64,000 bases of DNA, taken from positions 64,001 through 128,000 of the forward strand of contig JBFWWG010000001.1 in the NCBI GenBank assembly GCA_050246315.1. The letters run 5' to 3'. Position 1 is the first letter of the stretch. Every line of letters starts with the position of its first letter. Under the pieces are notes generated by a model, which had not been told where the DNA came from, did no database searches, and saw only the letters and a program-made list of their open reading frames with translations. Shown one piece after another: positions 20,180-30,010 of the stretch. Source of the stretch: Nitrospiraceae bacterium. GTDB taxonomy: Bacteria; Nitrospirota; Nitrospiria; Nitrospirales; Nitrospiraceae. The position numbers and the translations under genes are program-made.

Positions 20180-21634
20180 GTGAATCCATTCTTCAAGACC
20201 AAATCCATCGAGCAGATCCTGGCGGATGCGGACCATCCCCAATACCGGCTCAAGCGCACCCTGACGGCCTTCGACCTCACCGGACTCGGGATCGGAGCCA
20301 TCATCGGGACCGGAATCTTCGTGCTGATTGGAACCGCAATTGTGGGGGATGCCAATCGGCCTGGGTCCGGCCCCGGTATCATCCTCTCCTTTGTCCTATC
20401 CGGCATCACCTGCGCCCTGGCCGCGCTCTGTTATGCGGAATTCGCCGCCATGATTCCGGTGGCCGGCAGCGCCTACACCTACTCCTATGCCACGCTCGGT
20501 GAGTTCTTGGCTTGGCTGACCGGATGGAACCTGATCCTGGAATACGGCGTCGCCTGTGTGGCGGTCGCCATCGGCTGGTCGGGCTACTTCACCAACTTGC
20601 TGACCCTCATGGGGATCGCCTTGCCTCAATGGGCCACTCGCGCGCCGGCCGACGGCGGACTTGCCAATCTACCGGCCGCCGTCATCGTGCTGTTGGTGAC
20701 ATGGATTCTTGTCCTGGGGATCAAGAAAAGCGCACGCACGACCTGCGCGATCGTGCTCATCAAACTCGGCGTGATTCTTTTCTTTATCGCCACGGGGATC
20801 ACGTCGATCGACACGGCCAACTGGACACCCTTCGCACCGGGAGGCATTCAAGGAATCGGCGCGGCAGCGGCGCTGGTCTTTTTCGCCTACATTGGATTCG
20901 ACGCCGTTTCGACCACCGCAGAGGAGGCCCGCAATCCACAGCGAGACCTGCCGATCGGCATCCTGATGTCCCTCGGCATTTGCACCGTGCTCTATGTCAC
21001 CGTGGCGGCGATCCTGACGGGATTACTGCCCAGCTCGCAGATCGACGTCCATGCGCCGGTGGCCGAGGCCTTGCGGGTGGCGGGCTTCACATGGGGAGCG
21101 GCATTGGTCGCAGTCGGGGCGGTGGCGGGAATTACGAGCGTATTGGTCGTGATGATGCTGGGTCAGATCCGGGTCTTTTTCGCTATGTCACGGGACCGGT
21201 TGCTTGGTCCCTGGCTCTCCACAGTGCATCCGAGCTACGGCACCCCACACCATGCAACCATTCTTACGGGCCTGTGCGTCTCGACTCTCTCGGCCTTCAT
21301 CCCGATCGGCGAAGCAGCAGACATGACCAATATCGGCACGTTGTTCGCCTTCGTGCTGGTCTGCATCGGAGTCATCGTGCTTAGAAGGCTCCGCCCGGAC
21401 CATCCTCGTCCCTTCCGCGTTCCGTTCATGCCACTCATCCCCATCATGGGGACCTTAGCCTGCCTGGGTCTGATGGCTTTTCTGCCCGCCATCACCTGGG
21501 TTCGATTCGTCGTATGGACGGCGATCGGGATCGGTGTCTATATCGGGTATGGGGTCAAGCATAGCCGGCTCAACAACCAGAACCAGCCGGCAGCAGCGTC
21601 AGCTCCCATGCCAGGATCGGTCGAACAGAGTTAG
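20180..21634 (+). CDS. APC-superfamily amino acid permease
   Basis: GIGAIIGTGIF, LCYAEFA, AGSAY, FAYIGFDA, EEARNPQRDLP; multiple TM helices. Confidence 0.93.
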   Translation: MNPFFKTKSIEQILADADHPQYRLKRTLTAFDLTGLGIGAIIGTGIFVLIGTAIVGDANRPGSGPGIILSFVLSGITCALAALCYAEFAAMIPVAGSAYTYSYATLGEFLAWLTGWNLILEYGVACVAVAIGWSGYFTNLLTLMGIALPQWATRAPADGGLANLPAAVIVLLVTWILVLGIKKSARTTCAIVLIKLGVILFFIATGITSIDTANWTPFAPGGIQGIGAAAALVFFAYIGFDAVSTTAEEARNPQRDLPIGILMSLGICTVLYVTVAAILTGLLPSSQIDVHAPVAEALRVAGFTWGAALVAVGAVAGITSVLVVMMLGQIRVFFAMSRDRLLGPWLSTVHPSYGTPHHATILTGLCVSTLSAFIPIGEAADMTNIGTLFAFVLVCIGVIVLRRLRPDHPRPFRVPFMPLIPIMGTLACLGLMAFLPAITWVRFVVWTAIGIGVYIGYGVKHSRLNNQNQPAAASAPMPGSVEQS

Positions 21635-22137
21635 TTTTTCGAGGAGGGGGTAGACTGGACGGCCGCACGCTCCGGCTGAGCCGGGGATGACGGAGAGGAG
21701 TCCTGGGCGATGGCGCCGTCGCTTTTCGAGTCGCCTGAGCCAGCTTGCGAAGCGGGAACAGCCTGGGTCGGAGCGGCTGTTGGAGAAGATTTTGCCGGCG
21801 CTGGTTTCGGCGCCCCTTCCCCCGTTGTCCCAGGCGTCGGTTTCGGCGCCGCTGCTGGCTTGGGCGGGGCCGGACGTTCCGGCTTAATACCCCCTTCCCA
21901 ATTGGGCCCATCGTACATATCCGGAGCCACCAGGGCTTTAGCCTTCCACTTCTCTTCAAAATCGGCTGCAGCCTTGTTGGGAGTCTCGGCTTCGCCGGCG
22001 ATGCTGTTGAACGGATAGACCTTGGGCGAGATGACGACCTTGCCCTCACTGCGCCGAAGATACAGCGCCACAGGGTTCCCTCGGTAGGGTCCCAGAATAA
22101 TATGGATCGATCCAACGTATTCCAATGGCTCCGCCAT
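21631..22137 (-). CDS. Hypothetical protein with Pro/Ala-rich tail
   Basis: Globular ~80-aa N-terminus (MAEPLEYVGSIHIILGPY...) plus low-complexity tail. Confidence 0.7.
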   Translation of the reverse strand: MAEPLEYVGSIHIILGPYRGNPVALYLRRSEGKVVISPKVYPFNSIAGEAETPNKAAADFEEKWKAKALVAPDMYDGPNWEGGIKPERPAPPKPAAAPKPTPGTTGEGAPKPAPAKSSPTAAPTQAVPASQAGSGDSKSDGAIAQDSSPSSPAQPERAAVQSTPSSKN

Positions 22138-22309
22138 AGCCGTCCTGTCGAGGCAGAAGGCGGATGATGCCACAGGATGGGGGAGATGGGCAAGCACGGT
22201 TTATGGAGGAGCCGGTACGCGGTGGAGCAGCGCCCTCGCAACGATGACCGTCGTGGTCGAGTTCGGCAGCGTGACGCAGGATCACTCGTGCAGTCGATGG
22301 ATGACCACG

Positions 22310-22780
22310 CTACGATGGAACCGGTCGCTCGGGACGTTGTCGTACAAGAAAAACCCCGACCACGAGTGCCATGATCACCGCAACATTCAATCCGACATCC
22401 ATGAGGTACTGATAAAACTGCTCCGAGGTGATCGAGGGCTGATGGGACAGCTCGGCGCTGGCCGTGAGCACGCGTCTCGTACAGGCGATGACCCCCACGG
22501 CTAAGTAGGGCTCAAGGGACAGGACCTCAGTTTGCAGGAACCGGACGACCGTTCGAAACAGCTCAAGCAGAATGATCACCAAGAGGAGATCGTTCAAAAG
22601 TTTCAGACCGGCTGGCAACAGACCAATCTGCGAGCTTTTCGCAAGGAAGATGTACCAGGCATGGACAAATACGAGCATGCCGAGCAGGAGCAGACTCAAA
22701 CCGGCCGTGATGTAGCCCCATCGGTCCAGGGACTCCATCCAGTCTAGAATGCGTCGAAGTCGTGGTGAGCACTCGCCCAT
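22310..22780 (-). CDS. PsiE-like membrane protein
   Basis: LLNDLLLVIILLELFRTV, EPYLAVGVIACTRRVL typical of the PsiE family; 4 TM helices. Confidence 0.8.
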   Translation of the reverse strand: MGECSPRLRRILDWMESLDRWGYITAGLSLLLLGMLVFVHAWYIFLAKSSQIGLLPAGLKLLNDLLLVIILLELFRTVVRFLQTEVLSLEPYLAVGVIACTRRVLTASAELSHQPSITSEQFYQYLMDVGLNVAVIMALVVGVFLVRQRPERPVPS

Positions 22781-22819
22781 GCCGTCCCTCGTTGCTGAAC
22801 AAGCGGTCGTGGTCCGAGG

Positions 22820-23203
22820 TCAGGCATGTCCGGCCGGAGAATTCGGTTCCGGCGCACTTCGCATCTGACCGAAACGGAGGTCGTTGACGGCATCGACCGT
22901 CAACATATGTCCGCAACAGTGAATCCCGGATAACCCCGCCCCTCCGTCGATAATCAACACACGGAGCCCACATGAGCCGGGAAACTGCCGGTTCTCTTCG
23001 AGCATGGCACCCGGCGGGAGATGGCCTTTCTTTCGGCCTCGCCTGTCGGCGATCTCCGTCACACGATCGTCTTCCGTCAACTCATGGCCGCAACAGACGA
23101 TCTTGGCAAACCCCTCCCCGCCGCCCATAATCTTCACCACCAGGCCGCAACTGTCGGGAAAGCGCTTGCGCTCGTCAAGGATATCCCCCTTTTTCAATGC
23201 CAT
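22820..23203 (-). CDS. Tandem desulforedoxin-like domain protein
   Basis: Two repeats FPxSCGLxVxIxxGGxGxxxIxCCGHxLT; ATG 23203. Confidence 0.65.
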   Translation of the reverse strand: MALKKGDILDERKRFPDSCGLVVKIMGGGEGFAKIVCCGHELTEDDRVTEIADRRGRKKGHLPPGAMLEENRQFPGSCGLRVLIIDGGAGLSGIHCCGHMLTVDAVNDLRFGQMRSAPEPNSPAGHA

Positions 23204-23214
23204 GGCCCCGTGCC

Positions 23215-24312
23215 TCAAACCTGAAGGCTCGCGCGTTTGGCGCGAAAGCCGAGCACGGAGTCTAACACAGCACGATGTGCCTGACAGCCAACAATCGTCT
23301 TGGCTTCCGCGATTCGGGCCGGCTCGTAGGGATGAATGAACCGCTGCTTGACCCGAGCGATACGACGAAGCGAGGCCTCCAGACGTGCCTCGCTAATCGT
23401 CCCGTCCTTGACGGCGGCGAGCACGGCTTCCATCGCCAGGATCTCCCGTTCCTGATCCTTACAAATCAGTAGGATATCCGCCCCGGCGATAAAGGCTCGA
23501 ACCGCGGCCTCTTCTATGCCGTAGTGATCCAGTACCGCGTGCATCTCCAGATCATCGGTCAAGACGAGGCCGTCAAAGTCCAGATCCTCCCGCAGAAGGG
23601 AGCGGAGGATGAGCGTGGAGAGGGTGGCCGGGTATTCGGCATCCAACGACTCATACAGGACATGGGCTGTCATGAGGCTCGCCAGCCCGTTTTCGATTGC
23701 ATGTCGAAAGGGGCGAAGCTCGACGTCCCGAAGCCGGTCGAGAGAGGCGGTAACCACCGGCAACTCCTTATGGGAATCCTTGGTCGTGTCGCCATGGCCG
23801 GGGAAATGCTTGCCGCAGGCAATCACTCCGTGGTCTTGGAGACCAGCCATGGTGGCCAGGCCGTATTCGCAGACCTCCGTCGGGGTAGCGCCGAAAGCCC
23901 GGTCTCCGATGATCGGATTCTGTGGATTGCTGTTCACATCCAACACCGGAGCCATATTCATGTTGATCCCGACCGCCCGCAATTCCCTGGCGATGGTGGC
24001 GGCGGCCGCATAGGCGATATCGGTCGAGTGGCATTGTCCCACCGCTTCCGCCGGAGGGAAAATGGTAAACCCCTTGGGCAGCCGTGACACCCGCCCGCCC
24101 TCCTGGTCGATCGCAACAAGCAATGGTTCGGTCGCGCGCTTTTGGAGGTCATTGACGAGATGCACGATTTGATCGCGCGTCTCCAGATTACGGGAGAAGA
24201 GAATGACCCCACCGGGCTGATACTCGGCCAGGACCCGTGCCCATTCCTTGGGCAGGGAGATCCCGGTGAACCCGAGCATGAAGAGTTGTCCGACTTTTTC
24301 CTTCAGTGTCAT
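23215..24312 (-). CDS. nagZ: Beta-N-acetylhexosaminidase (GH3)
   Basis: AIDQEGGRVSRL, KHFPGHG..DSH, MTAHV, TDDLEM. Confidence 0.94.
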   Translation of the reverse strand: MTLKEKVGQLFMLGFTGISLPKEWARVLAEYQPGGVILFSRNLETRDQIVHLVNDLQKRATEPLLVAIDQEGGRVSRLPKGFTIFPPAEAVGQCHSTDIAYAAAATIARELRAVGINMNMAPVLDVNSNPQNPIIGDRAFGATPTEVCEYGLATMAGLQDHGVIACGKHFPGHGDTTKDSHKELPVVTASLDRLRDVELRPFRHAIENGLASLMTAHVLYESLDAEYPATLSTLILRSLLREDLDFDGLVLTDDLEMHAVLDHYGIEEAAVRAFIAGADILLICKDQEREILAMEAVLAAVKDGTISEARLEASLRRIARVKQRFIHPYEPARIAEAKTIVGCQAHRAVLDSVLGFRAKRASLQV

Positions 24313-24348
24313 CGGTTGCGCATCACGTGTGGTAAGCGGTGGTGGCGG

Positions 24349-25896
24349 CTATCTCGCCTGATCCATGACGTATTGCAACAACAGACGCGTGCCGATGCCC
24401 GTCGGGCCCTTCGGAATGTACGCACGCTCCCGCTCACTCCAGTCAGTGCTCGCAATATCCAGATGGACCCAGGGATAGTCCGTGGCGAACTTGCTCAGGA
24501 ACAGCGCCGCGGTGATCATCCCTCCCCCCCGACCGCCGATATTCCGCATATCGGCGACGTCGCTTTTCAATTGTTCAAAATAATCATCCCACAAGGGCAT
24601 CTCCCAGACGCGCTCCCCGGATTTCTGTCCCGCCGCCTGCACACGCCGCTTGAGTCCGTCGTTGGTGCCGAACATGCCGATGGCGAACTGCCCCAGCGCC
24701 ACCACGCAGGCCCCGGTGAGGGTAGCAATGTCGATGACCGCCGACGGCTTGTAGCGGGCGGCATAGGCCAGGGCATCCGCCAGAATCAATCGGCCCTCCG
24801 CATCGGTATTCTGCACCTCGACTGTTTTTCCGGAAAGCGTTTTTACAATATCGCCGGGCTTCATGGCTCTCCCTCCCGGCATGTTTTCCGCCACGGGTAG
24901 CATCCCGACCACATGGGCGGAGAGTCGGAGTCGCGCCACCGCGCGCAGGGTGGCCAGGACCTCAGCCCCGCCGGTCATGTCCGCCTTCATCTGCTCCATA
25001 TTGTCCGCCGGCTTCAGCGAAATTCCTCCTGTGTCGAAGGTGATCGTCTTGCCGATCAGGACGATGGGACGACTCTCCTTCGGTGTCTTCGGTCCCCTAT
25101 ATTCGAGAATGATGAACTTGGGTGGTTCGTGGCTGCCCCGGGCCACGCCGAGCAAGGCCCCCATCCCCAACTCTTCCATCTCCTCCCGTTCGAGAATCTT
25201 CAGGCTCACGCCTGACTCTTTGGCAATAGCCTTCGCTTCCTCGGCAATGCGCGTCGGCGTCATTACATTGGAAGGGTGGTTACACAGGTCCCGCGTCAAG
25301 ACCGCGGCTTCCGCCGCGGCCGTTCCTCGCCGCACACCTTCCACCGCCTGTTTGAATTGGGCCTTGTCCGATGTCACGATCAGGAAACGGGCGACCTGCT
25401 TAGGAGCACCATTGTTTTCGCTCCGATATTCGGTAAACTGGTAGCTCCCAAGAATGACGCCCTCCGTCATAGCCCGTACCAAATCAACCGTTGTTGCCCC
25501 TCGAGGGACCAGGGGAGGCAACGACGCGGCAAACGCTCCCGTTTTGGCCTGACGCACCCGCTTGACCGCATAGCCGTACGCTTGTCGCAAAGCATCCAGG
25601 TGGAACTCCTTCTTCTTTCCCAATCCCACGAGGAGGAGCCGCTTCGCGGGAACCTTGCCGTGCGTGTGAAGCAACAATGTTTCGCCGAGCTTTCCTTCGA
25701 ACTCGCCGCTTTTCACGACTTCGAGGACAACCCCGCCGAGAGCCCTGTCGAACACGGCTGCTTCCGCCTTCAACACGGGTTCTCCCTCGAAGTGCGTCAC
25801 GACGACCATCTCCATGCTTTCCTGCTCAAGCCGCCCCGGCTTCACCTCAGCCTGTAACGTAATCATCCGCAACATCCCCTTTCCCGTCTCGCTCAA
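24349..25896 (-). CDS. pepA: Leucyl aminopeptidase (M17)
   Basis: GKTITFDTGG, MKADMTGG, NTDAEGRL, ATLTGA, HLDIA. Confidence 0.96.
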   Translation of the reverse strand: MSETGKGMLRMITLQAEVKPGRLEQESMEMVVVTHFEGEPVLKAEAAVFDRALGGVVLEVVKSGEFEGKLGETLLLHTHGKVPAKRLLLVGLGKKKEFHLDALRQAYGYAVKRVRQAKTGAFAASLPPLVPRGATTVDLVRAMTEGVILGSYQFTEYRSENNGAPKQVARFLIVTSDKAQFKQAVEGVRRGTAAAEAAVLTRDLCNHPSNVMTPTRIAEEAKAIAKESGVSLKILEREEMEELGMGALLGVARGSHEPPKFIILEYRGPKTPKESRPIVLIGKTITFDTGGISLKPADNMEQMKADMTGGAEVLATLRAVARLRLSAHVVGMLPVAENMPGGRAMKPGDIVKTLSGKTVEVQNTDAEGRLILADALAYAARYKPSAVIDIATLTGACVVALGQFAIGMFGTNDGLKRRVQAAGQKSGERVWEMPLWDDYFEQLKSDVADMRNIGGRGGGMITAALFLSKFATDYPWVHLDIASTDWSERERAYIPKGPTGIGTRLLLQYVMDQAR

Positions 25897-25916
25897 CCGT
25901 CACCTTGCCATGCCCG

Positions 25917-26552
25917 TTATACACCGCGCCGTTCCGGCGACCAAATGAACTTATGTAATTGCACCTGGAACCGAACCGGGAGGCGATCGGCCAGAATCCA
26001 CTCCGCCAGCGACTGGAGATCTAGCTTCCCGAACACGGGACTGAACAGGACCGTACAGCGATAGGCGAGTTCCTGTTTCGCCACGATGTCGCGGGCCCAC
26101 TCATAGTCTGCCCGGTCCTGTAGCACGAACTTGGCCTCGTCCTTGGAGGAGAGTTTGTCGAGGTTGGACCACACCATCCGATCGATCATGCCGCTTCCCG
26201 GACATTTCACATCCATGATGATATGGCTCCTCCGATCAACGGGACCGATATCGACGGCCCCGCTGGTCTCCAACAGCACTTCATACCCCGCGTCACAGAG
26301 CCGAGAGAGGAGCACGAACGCATCCGGCTGATGCAGCGGCTCTCCGCCGGTCACCTCCACCAGCGGACAGCCATAGCTGGCCACCTCGGCCACTACCTGC
26401 TCCAGGTCCATCTCCATCCCGTCGTAGAAACTGTATTTCGTGTCGCACCATGTGCAGCGCAATGCGCAGCCGGTGAGGCGGACAAAAACGCAGGATCGTC
26501 CCATAAACGTCGACTCGCCCTGGATGCTGTGAAAAATTTCCGTGACTCGCAT
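25917..26552 (-). CDS. queE: 7-carboxy-7-deazaguanine synthase QueE (radical SAM)
   Basis: EIFHSIQGE, CALRCTWCDT, TGGEP, LETSG, QLHK. Confidence 0.93.
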   Translation of the reverse strand: MRVTEIFHSIQGESTFMGRSCVFVRLTGCALRCTWCDTKYSFYDGMEMDLEQVVAEVASYGCPLVEVTGGEPLHQPDAFVLLSRLCDAGYEVLLETSGAVDIGPVDRRSHIIMDVKCPGSGMIDRMVWSNLDKLSSKDEAKFVLQDRADYEWARDIVAKQELAYRCTVLFSPVFGKLDLQSLAEWILADRLPVRFQVQLHKFIWSPERRGV

Positions 26553-26591
26553 ATCGGCACCAACTTGTTGCCAACCGGTGATGGCCGTCCC

Positions 26592-27290
26592 TCACGAGGC
26601 CCATCGGTTCACCGGCCAGCCCCGGTGCCTCGCAATGCGGGCCATGCCTCGGATCGGATTGACCACCGTGGGGTAGCCCACCACCTCCAAAAGCTCAACG
26701 TCCCCCGGACTGTCTCCGTAGGCATAGCTGTCGCTGAGATTCACCCCGAATTCTTTGGCGTGCGCTTCGATGAGCGTGCGTTTCCCCTCTGCATAGGGCA
26801 ACGGTGGCAGCAACTGGCCTGTGTATCCGGAGAACCCTTCTTCAAGGCGCGCGGCAATCACAGTCTCCACCCGCAAGAAATCCGCCATTGGCTTAATCAA
26901 ACACTCCAGCGAACCGGTGACCAGGACCAGACGATGCCCGGCTCGTCGGTGACGATCCACCTGATCCATCGCCTTCGCCGAGAGCCTCGGAATGAGATGC
27001 GTCCGACAAAAGACCTCCGCAAGCGGCTCGATCTCCGCCGACCGCTTGCCAGCCAGATACAGCTTCTTCAGCCGGAGGGGCTGGAACGAGACCGGCGGGA
27101 CATGGCGCAACAGGCACCACAGGCTCTCGACTGCCTCCTGAATGCCCACAATACCTTGCTGCCAGAGATAGCGAAAAAATCTCACCTCGCTGGCCACGCC
27201 GGGAAGCAGGGTGTTATCAACATCGAAAAAGGCACCGACGCTGGGCACGGACCGACGGTCTGCCTGTTGAGAGCTGGTCGACCTGGACAT
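26592..27290 (-). CDS. HAD-IB family hydrolase
   Basis: AFFDVDNTL, LVTGS, YAYGDSPGD motifs; ATG 27290. Confidence 0.88.
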   Translation of the reverse strand: MSRSTSSQQADRRSVPSVGAFFDVDNTLLPGVASEVRFFRYLWQQGIVGIQEAVESLWCLLRHVPPVSFQPLRLKKLYLAGKRSAEIEPLAEVFCRTHLIPRLSAKAMDQVDRHRRAGHRLVLVTGSLECLIKPMADFLRVETVIAARLEEGFSGYTGQLLPPLPYAEGKRTLIEAHAKEFGVNLSDSYAYGDSPGDVELLEVVGYPTVVNPIRGMARIARHRGWPVNRWAS

Positions 27291-27374
27291 GTGAGCCTCG
27301 AGATGGAGCACGGGACAACCAGCGAGGAGTCGATTGGATGTGTGCGCCGTGATTCTAGCCGGACGATCAGTTGA

Positions 27375-27404
27375 TTGACAAGAATTTTGGCCCACTTCTA
27401 TAAT
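27375..27404 (+). promoter_or_regulatory. Consensus sigma70 promoter of tRNA-Leu
   Basis: TTGACA-N18-TATAAT, 21 bp upstream of the tRNA. Confidence 0.85.
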
Positions 27405-27425
27405 GCCTCCCATAACTCTCCGGTT

Positions 27426-27509
27426 GCCGAAGTGGTGGAATGGCAGACACGCACGTTTGAGGGGCGTGTGGCGCAAGCCGTGCGGGTTCAAGTCCCGCCT
27501 TCGGCACCA
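27426..27509 (+). tRNA. tRNA-Leu(GAG)
   Basis: GCCGAAG...CTTCGGCACCA; anticodon arm CACGT-TTGAGGG-GCGTG. Confidence 0.96.
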
Positions 27510-27726
27510 TCCCCATCTCCGTTCGACTCACCCAGCCGTGTCACGCGCGGCAGTCAGCATGATTCCAGCCCAATCTACCGTGCGATAGGATCGAGGCGGA
27601 CCCGGAAGCGTGGGAGGGAGAGACGATGCGGAAGAATCACGAAGCACTTGCACTCGATTACAAGATGAAGGAACCTATGGAGGCCAGAGCTGGGCATGGG
27701 GCTTCCACCGTCCGACAAGTACGACC

Positions 27727-28098
27727 ATGGCATCCGTACTGATTGTCGATGACGAAGATCAGATCAGGGCGCTCATGCGCACCGCACTGGAACGGGCCGG
27801 CTTTCAGGTGCGCGAGGCGGTGAACGGGAAGGAGGCACTCGCTCGCTACCGCGAGCAGCCCTTTGATTTGGTCATCATGGACATCCTGATGCCGGACCAG
27901 GATGGCCTCGAAAGCATCATCCAGCTTCGACGGGAATTCCCCGCCGTCAAAGTCATTGCCATCACAGGTGGAAGCGACATGATCGGGGTGCTCAACTTTC
28001 TGGAGGTCGCCCGTATGCTAGGAGCTCGACGCACGCTCCAGAAACCGTTTGACCTTGCAACACTCGTCGAGGCGGCCGAATCCGAACTGGTTCACTGA
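27727..28098 (+). CDS. Single-domain response regulator
   Basis: VLIVDDE, DLVIMDILMPDQDG, ITG, KPF. Confidence 0.92.
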   Translation: MASVLIVDDEDQIRALMRTALERAGFQVREAVNGKEALARYREQPFDLVIMDILMPDQDGLESIIQLRREFPAVKVIAITGGSDMIGVLNFLEVARMLGARRTLQKPFDLATLVEAAESELVH

Positions 28099-28207
28099 CA
28101 CCTTCTGCCTCCACAACCACCTCCGCCAGTCAACACGCTTCACGGCAGCCCCTTTCCGGCACCGCCATGTCAGACCTTCCGACCTGGTCGGTTCCAGACA
28201 ATCTCAG

Positions 28208-29458
28208 TGTAATCCCAAAATGATAATGTCCGCTGTCATCAAGATAGAAATGTCCTCTTCATTGATAGACTCACGGCCCTCAGTCAGAAGGAGGGCGGGA
28301 TGGTCGGAGCGGACAGGGTGACGATGAGCGGCAAAGAATTGCAACGGGTGCAGGTGATCCGTCAGGTGATGGACAAGCAGCTCACGCAGGTGAAGGCCGG
28401 GGCATCGTTGGGACTGACGACGCGGCAGGTGCGGCGCCTGCTCAAGCGAGTGCAGGCCGAAGGTGCTGCAGGGCTGGTGCATCGGGGGCGCGGACGGGCG
28501 TCCAATCGACGGATTCCGGAGAAGGTCAAAGTGAAGGTGCTGCGGCTGTACCGGACGCAGTATGGAGACTTTGGGCCGACCTTGACGGCAGAGAAGCTGG
28601 CCGAGCGCCATCGGTGTGTCCAGATGGCGTATGTCGACAATGCGAGTAGTCGCGTCTTTGCCCGATTCTATAAGTACGAGGGCACGATCCCGGCTATGGA
28701 CAGCTTCCATCGGTACTTTCGGCAACAGGGGATCCCGCTGGCCATCTATGCGGACAAGCATACGACCTACCAGTCGCCGGCTGAGCCCACGGTGGCGGAG
28801 CAGTTGGCTGGGGAGGACCCCCAGAGTCAGTTCGGACGGGCACTGCACGAGCTCGTGGTCGAGCTGATTCCGGCGCATTCGCCGCAGGCCAAGGGGCGGG
28901 TGGAGCGGCTGGTTAAAGCGTTTCAGGATCGACTGGTCAAGGAGTTGCGCCTCGCACGGATTGCGAGCCTCGAGGCGGCGAACCGATTCCTGGAGGGCTA
29001 TCTGCCGGTCTACAACCGCCGCTTCGCGGTGCGGCCGACGCAGGCCGCCGATCTGCATCGGCCGCCTCCACACGGCCGAGAGCTGGCGGCTATCCTTTGC
29101 CTCAAGACGACCCGCTGCCTGCGCAACGACTTCACGATCGCCCACCAGGGACAGCTCTATCAGATTCACGACACCGTCCGAGCGACCTACGTGCAGGTCG
29201 AAGAGCGGTTGGATGGGACGCTGCAGCTAACCCATCAGGGCCGACGACTCGCCTATCACATCATTGCGGCGCGGCCCCGGAAGCAGAGGGGGGAGGGCAC
29301 ACCACTTCCCTCGCCCCGGCGCCCGCTGAGGCCGCGGCTGGATCATCCATGGCGCAGACGACTGTTGCCGGAACGAGGACAACGCGCGGGAACGGCCACT
29401 CCATAAACCGGACATTTCTACTTTGAGAGAACGCGGACATTTCTATTTTGGATTGACA
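28208..29458 (+). mobile_element. IS1202-family (formerly ISNCY) insertion sequence, internally deleted
   Basis: TGT...ACA ends with repeated subterminal AATGTCC/GGACATT motifs; 16-bp flanking direct repeat TTCCAG(A/G)CAATCTCAG at 28192-28207 and 29459-29474. Confidence 0.88.
28300..29406 (+). pseudogene. IS1202/ISNCY-type DDE transposase with in-frame internal deletion
   Basis: HTH (LGLTTRQVRRL), YGDFGPTL, IYADKH, SPQAKGRVER, QDRL. The segment between AEKLAERH and CVxMAYVD (normally containing QxDGSxHxW) is absent. Confidence 0.78.
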
Positions 29459-29542
29459 TTCCAGGCAATCTCAGTTGACTTCGCGTGCTCGACCGGAGAG
29501 ACTGCCACCTCACCAATCTTCTCACGACACGATACTCTGGAA

Positions 29543-29995
29543 ATGTGGGTACGGTATCTCAATGCGCTCTTCGGCAGCCTCGTGCTCACGATGGGCCTGT
29601 GGATCGTTGTCGGAGACATGTCCGTGTCCGCTACCATCGCCCTTTGTGGGTTCATCGCGGGTGCGCTCGGGCGGTTCTGTTCCAACAGTATGACCATCTG
29701 GGCCTGGACCACCCTGTTTTTCGGGGCAGAGAGTCTCGCTTGGCCCATCTCCATGATGATCCGGATCAAGCTGGCCGGCATGGACCCGACTGAACAACAG
29801 ATGCAGGACATTCTGACGGCCATCCTTTTCGGGCTGTTCTCATCGATTTTCTGGTTTACCTTCGCCTACGGTCTATTCAGACGCACATGGACAACAGAAG
29901 GACCCTCTCCATCATCCCCCCAGCCGTTGGGGGACGCTGCCGGCGGCGCTCTCCCCCAACGGCGTCGCCGATCGCAGAAAGGGCAGCGCGCCTGA
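29543..29995 (+). CDS. Hypothetical membrane protein
   Basis: About 4 TM segments and a basic tail; ATG 29543. Confidence 0.7.
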   Translation: MWVRYLNALFGSLVLTMGLWIVVGDMSVSATIALCGFIAGALGRFCSNSMTIWAWTTLFFGAESLAWPISMMIRIKLAGMDPTEQQMQDILTAILFGLFSSIFWFTFAYGLFRRTWTTEGPSPSSPQPLGDAAGGALPQRRRRSQKGQRA

Positions 29996-30010
29996 CCCGC
30001 ACTCGACCCG

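Noticed and set aside
27426..29474. Genomic island integrated at tRNA-Leu(GAG)
   Set aside because: No integrase and no duplicated tRNA 3' end; only an IS lies nearby.
29453..29482. Hybrid promoter from the outward TTGACA at the IS right end
   Set aside because: No TAnnnT -10 box at 16-18 bp spacing.
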